DNA of 61,909 nt, the filler included, from a candidate division TA06 bacterium SM23_40 (GTDB lineage Bacteria > LJUI01 > SM1-40), in the NCBI GenBank assembly GCA_001303705.1. It is 5 parts of 5 records of this genome, joined end to end, with 100 filler letters (N's around TTAATTAATTAA, not from the genome) between each part and the next. Parts side by side here need not be neighbours in the genome. Positions count along the whole stretch, not along the records: positions 50,739 to 61,909 come from LJUI01000117.1; 4 more parts are not named here. One strand, given 5' to 3'. The position numbers were made by a program, and so were the translations under genes. The notes under the pieces are model-generated. The model had not been told where the DNA came from. It saw nothing but the letters and a program-made list of their open reading frames with translations, and did not search any database. Below, one piece after another: positions 58,921 to 61,909 of this stretch. Each line of letters opens with the position of its first letter. Positions within the stretch are counted from its first letter, which is position 1.

Positions 58921-59190
58921 CGATCTATTCACTCCTCGCTTCCGCGCTGACTTTGATGTGTTGCCCGTCTGCACAACCGTTGATGAGTTGAACGCCCGCT
59001 CACGGATATCCGCTGGCGGACGCACCTGGAAACAGACTCCCTCGCGCGGCACCCGCGCACAGGCACTCACCGCGCGCCCCAATAATGGCAATCGGCAGGC
59101 AATCTGTCAACGAAAAAGTGGGGGCAGCCAACGACCTCAGGATTGAGTCATCGAGAGGGCGAACGTTTCTGCCGCCACGAGGGGCAGCAC

Positions 59191-60033
59191 CTACCAGCTC
59201 ACCTCGTCCACCTTTGCTGCGGCGCCTTCGATCTCCTCCCGCATGGGGCAGATCTCGAGATAGTCACACCAGGGACAGAGCCGGTTGACGACAGGCCGGA
59301 ATTCATCCTCTCCACGGATCATCTCAATGACACCGAGAATCCGCCTGCGCTGCGCCGCCAGGTCATCCCGATCCCACACCACATCGAACACCTGAGAATA
59401 CCTGATGTAGATGAACCCGACGCGGAGCGAACCGGCGAAGGGATAGAGTTCTCCTGCGATGAGCGCATAGACCGGGAGCTGGAAGTCGTTTTCGACGATC
59501 TTCTCCACGGTCCTATGATATGGCAGCTTCCCGGTCTTATAATCCCACACGGCGACCCGGTCGTCTCCCTCCTTGTCGACACGGTCGATCTTCCCTCCGA
59601 GTCTCACCCCATCGATGGCCGCGTGCTGCCAGTCTTCGAGCGCGATGGGCACTACCGAGAGATCGGCCGTCCTCAAGTAGCTCTCCAACATATCGATGGC
59701 GGCCAGCCCCTGGGCGCGCTCCTGCTCGACGGACCCGAACAGAGCAACGCGCTCCTCCGCCCTATAGGGAGACTGGAAGCCCTTGGTCACGCGCGCCCAC
59801 GCTTTCCTCATGAGATCGCCGATCGCCTCCGGTCGGCGCTCGTGGATGGGCACCTCGTTGATGTCAAAGAAGAGCCGGAGCGCTCCGTGAACCGCCTCAC
59901 CGACGAACTGCTCGGGTGACGGCTTGAATACCGCTTTCACATCCTTGTCGTTGTGACAGCGGAATCTGAACGGACACTGCTGAAAATGGTTGAGCGATGT
60001 GGCGAAGATTGTCTCTGGGAACTCATACGCCAT
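59191..60033 (-). CDS. PD-(D/E)XK RecB/Cas4-like nuclease with Fe-S cysteines
   Basis: N-terminal QCP, GKIDRVD, DYKTG, QLPVYA, C-terminal CPWCDYLEICP. Confidence 0.85.
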   Translation of the reverse strand: MAYEFPETIFATSLNHFQQCPFRFRCHNDKDVKAVFKPSPEQFVGEAVHGALRLFFDINEVPIHERRPEAIGDLMRKAWARVTKGFQSPYRAEERVALFGSVEQERAQGLAAIDMLESYLRTADLSVVPIALEDWQHAAIDGVRLGGKIDRVDKEGDDRVAVWDYKTGKLPYHRTVEKIVENDFQLPVYALIAGELYPFAGSLRVGFIYIRYSQVFDVVWDRDDLAAQRRRILGVIEMIRGEDEFRPVVNRLCPWCDYLEICPMREEIEGAAAKVDEVSW

Positions 60034-60149
60034 GAGCGGCCTCCCTCGAAATCCGAACCCTTCCTTCGGCTATGCCCCCATCGTCTATCCAGTGACATTC
60101 ATCGATTCGAAAGAAACGCCCTCTTATCCCCGGATCCGACACCAGCTAC

Positions 60150-60569
60150 TCATTCCCCGATCACCTGGGCGACGATACGTCGCTGGCGCGGCCCCGTATC
60201 GAAGTCGACGAAGACGATCTGCTGCCAGGTCCCCAGGGAGAGCTCCCCGTCGGCGAACGGGACCGTGAGGCTCGGGCCGAGCAAAGCCGCACGCACGTGG
60301 GAGTGGCCGTTGTCATCGCCCCACCGCAGGTGATGCTGATAGTCGCGGTTGGGAGGCACGATCTCGTCGAACAGCCGGTTCAGGTCTGATACTGCCCCGG
60401 GCTCGAACTCGATCGTCGTGACGGCGCCCGTCGATCCGGGCACGAAGAGCGTAACGATGCCGGACCGCAGCCTGCTTTCCTGCACAACGCGGGCCGTATC
60501 GCCCGTAATATCGATGGCATCACCATTGCCCTTGGTACGGCACTTGAGTTCTCGCGAAACGACTGCCAT
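60150..60569 (-). CDS. yjbQ: YjbQ / UPF0047 family protein
   Basis: DIT, GST..TTIE.EPG, H...DDNGHSHVRAALLG, LGTWQQI. Confidence 0.9.
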   Translation of the reverse strand: MAVVSRELKCRTKGNGDAIDITGDTARVVQESRLRSGIVTLFVPGSTGAVTTIEFEPGAVSDLNRLFDEIVPPNRDYQHHLRWGDDNGHSHVRAALLGPSLTVPFADGELSLGTWQQIVFVDFDTGPRQRRIVAQVIGE

Positions 60570-60665
60570 ACACCCTCCATCACCTCTGCTGGCTCTCAGA
60601 ATAGACCTGCTGCTCCCTGCAGTCCACCGTTGACTCCCGCGCATCCAGACAGAGTCCCCGCGCGT

Positions 60666-61079
60666 TCACTGCTCGGCTCCCACCTTGCTCGTATGAACCA
60701 TTATCTGCGGCGGATCATACATGTGCTTCGTGACAGCACAGAACTCTGCAGACCGTATCACCGCCTCCTTATATTTGTCCGGAAACTCGGGAGGAACCTG
60801 GATCTCGATAGTAATCTTGCCGATCATCCGCGTCTCGGCGTTCAACTCAGTGCGGAGAATGAGCTTCATATTTTCGGTCGGCAGATTCCGTTGCTGGCAG
60901 AAGACAAGTACGTATATGCCAGCGCAGGCACCGATCGATACGAGAAAGAGGTCGAACGGCGCGGGAGCAGACCCATCGCCCCCTGCATGTTTTGCCTGAT
61001 CGGTCTTGATCGTGAATCCTTTATAGATGGCATCCACTCTCTTGCCGCCGGGGAAGACGATCTGCATATCTCTATCCAT
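60666..61079 (-). CDS. OsmC family protein
   Basis: TDQ..GGDGSAP.PFDLFL.SIGAC and a second conserved Cys in FCAV. Confidence 0.88.
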   Translation of the reverse strand: MDRDMQIVFPGGKRVDAIYKGFTIKTDQAKHAGGDGSAPAPFDLFLVSIGACAGIYVLVFCQQRNLPTENMKLILRTELNAETRMIGKITIEIQVPPEFPDKYKEAVIRSAEFCAVTKHMYDPPQIMVHTSKVGAEQ

Positions 61080-61472
61080 GCACAGACTCCCTTCGCTACC
61101 AGAACTGCCCGAAGATTGTCCCCAACCGTCAGCACTACGTTGGGGCACGGCCCGCAGGGGAGAGCGCTGCCGCATCTGCGCCGGACTGGCGGCAGAGCCG
61201 TGTCCGGCTCCCGGCAGAACCGGGGTCTCCCTTCGATAGCCGGTCTCACGCCTCGACCGGCACCGGATGCCACGGACGCCGGATACAGGACACCACGAAG
61301 CGTCGCCGCACCGGACAGAACGCACGTTGCATCCATGATACGGTCGAAGTCCGCACCAGTCAACGAAAATCGGGGACGGGACAGGGAACGGTTGCATTGG
61401 AAGGTGATCGCCGGTATCATGAGCTGACCCACGGAGTTGACCCTGGACCTCACCACAACGAAACGACGGCCA

Positions 61473-61909
61473 ATGAGCTGCCCTTCGATCATCGGACTGA
61501 GTAGCGAGATTGGACGGGGCCATCCCAGCTACCTCGATAGCGTCTGGACGCTCCTCGAGCGGGGCTTCCCCGATCCGGCATCACGTCTCTCATACTGGAA
61601 GGCTCACGACAGATCGGTGCGCACCTCCCGCCTCGCCTGGAGCGCGGTCGCAAGCGTATACTGGATCGGCGGAAGGGGCGGCACGACGACCAGGCTGTAC
61701 AACATCCTGAGGCGCCGAAGGGGAGTGCCGTCCCGGGGAGGCCTGGCCGTCGGTCTCTTGGGAAAGGATGTACGGGCTGCCCTTCGAGGATTCGAGGGGA
61801 TCTGTCTGGTTGCCCACCCCATCCTCGCCCAGATCGCCAGCACAGTCTCCCGCACGTGGTTCATCCATGGCGAGATCGCAGCCCCTGAGGAGTGCGCGGT
61901 GAGCGGTGT
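61473..61909 (+). CDS. 3'-truncated putative GT-B-fold glycosyltransferase-like protein
   Basis: Translated by hand, open to the window end: MSCPSIIGLSSEIGRGHPSYLDS...LVAHPIL...FIHGEIA. GxGH and xHP motifs. Absent from the ORF track. Confidence 0.55.
   Translation, partial: MSCPSIIGLSSEIGRGHPSYLDSVWTLLERGFPDPASRLSYWKAHDRSVRTSRLAWSAVASVYWIGGRGGTTTRLYNILRRRRGVPSRGGLAVGLLGKDVRAALRGFEGICLVAHPILAQIASTVSRTWFIHGEIAAPEECAVSG

Noticed and set aside
58921-59110. T-box leader upstream of trpS
   Set aside because: No AAGGTGGTACCGCG-like T-box sequence or terminator/antiterminator pair is visible. Only a TTGACA-17-CATTAT promoter-like site is present.

Overview
GC-rich bacterial draft or metagenomic sequence. 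It consists of five contigs joined by artificial N-TTAATTAATTAA-N linkers (25947-26046, 34263-34362, 42457-42556, 50639-50738), so genes on either side of a linker are not real neighbours. Gene content suggests an anaerobic diderm, possibly an FCB-related candidate-phylum organism (inference only). Contig 1 is housekeeping: mutS, lapAB, miaB, mtaB, rpsA, ispH, cmk, hisC, rluB, scpB, murJ, rpsT, tRNA-Arg(CCG), an uncalled bS22-like ribosomal protein gene, HU, sppA, lptE and a GGDEF protein. Contig 2 has hypCDE, a 9-heme cytochrome c with a decayed frameshifted tail, and hdrCBAA'. Contig 3 has FBP aldolase/phosphatase and an orphan gcvPB fused into an operon with a GlmL/MutL-like ASKHA ATPase and two conserved unknown genes. 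Contig 4 has DtxR-feoB-small Cys protein-Fur/FeoA fusion, plus a glucosylglycerate-type operon led by a metal-ligand-less M20-fold protein. Contig 5 has a lexA-imuB-like-dnaE2 mutagenesis cassette, glyA, an internally deleted trpS, a solo Cas4/RecB-like nuclease, yjbQ and osmC. The most unusual signal is ten tandem copies of the imuB-stop/dnaE2-start junction, forming a chain of TGATG-coupled mini-ORFs. An analogous ~20-nt stop-junction expansion follows hypD. Other highlights are a candidate direct-repeat LexA operator, the GlmL-like operon, and the trpS deletion. All calls come from motif recognition by eye; no database searches were run.
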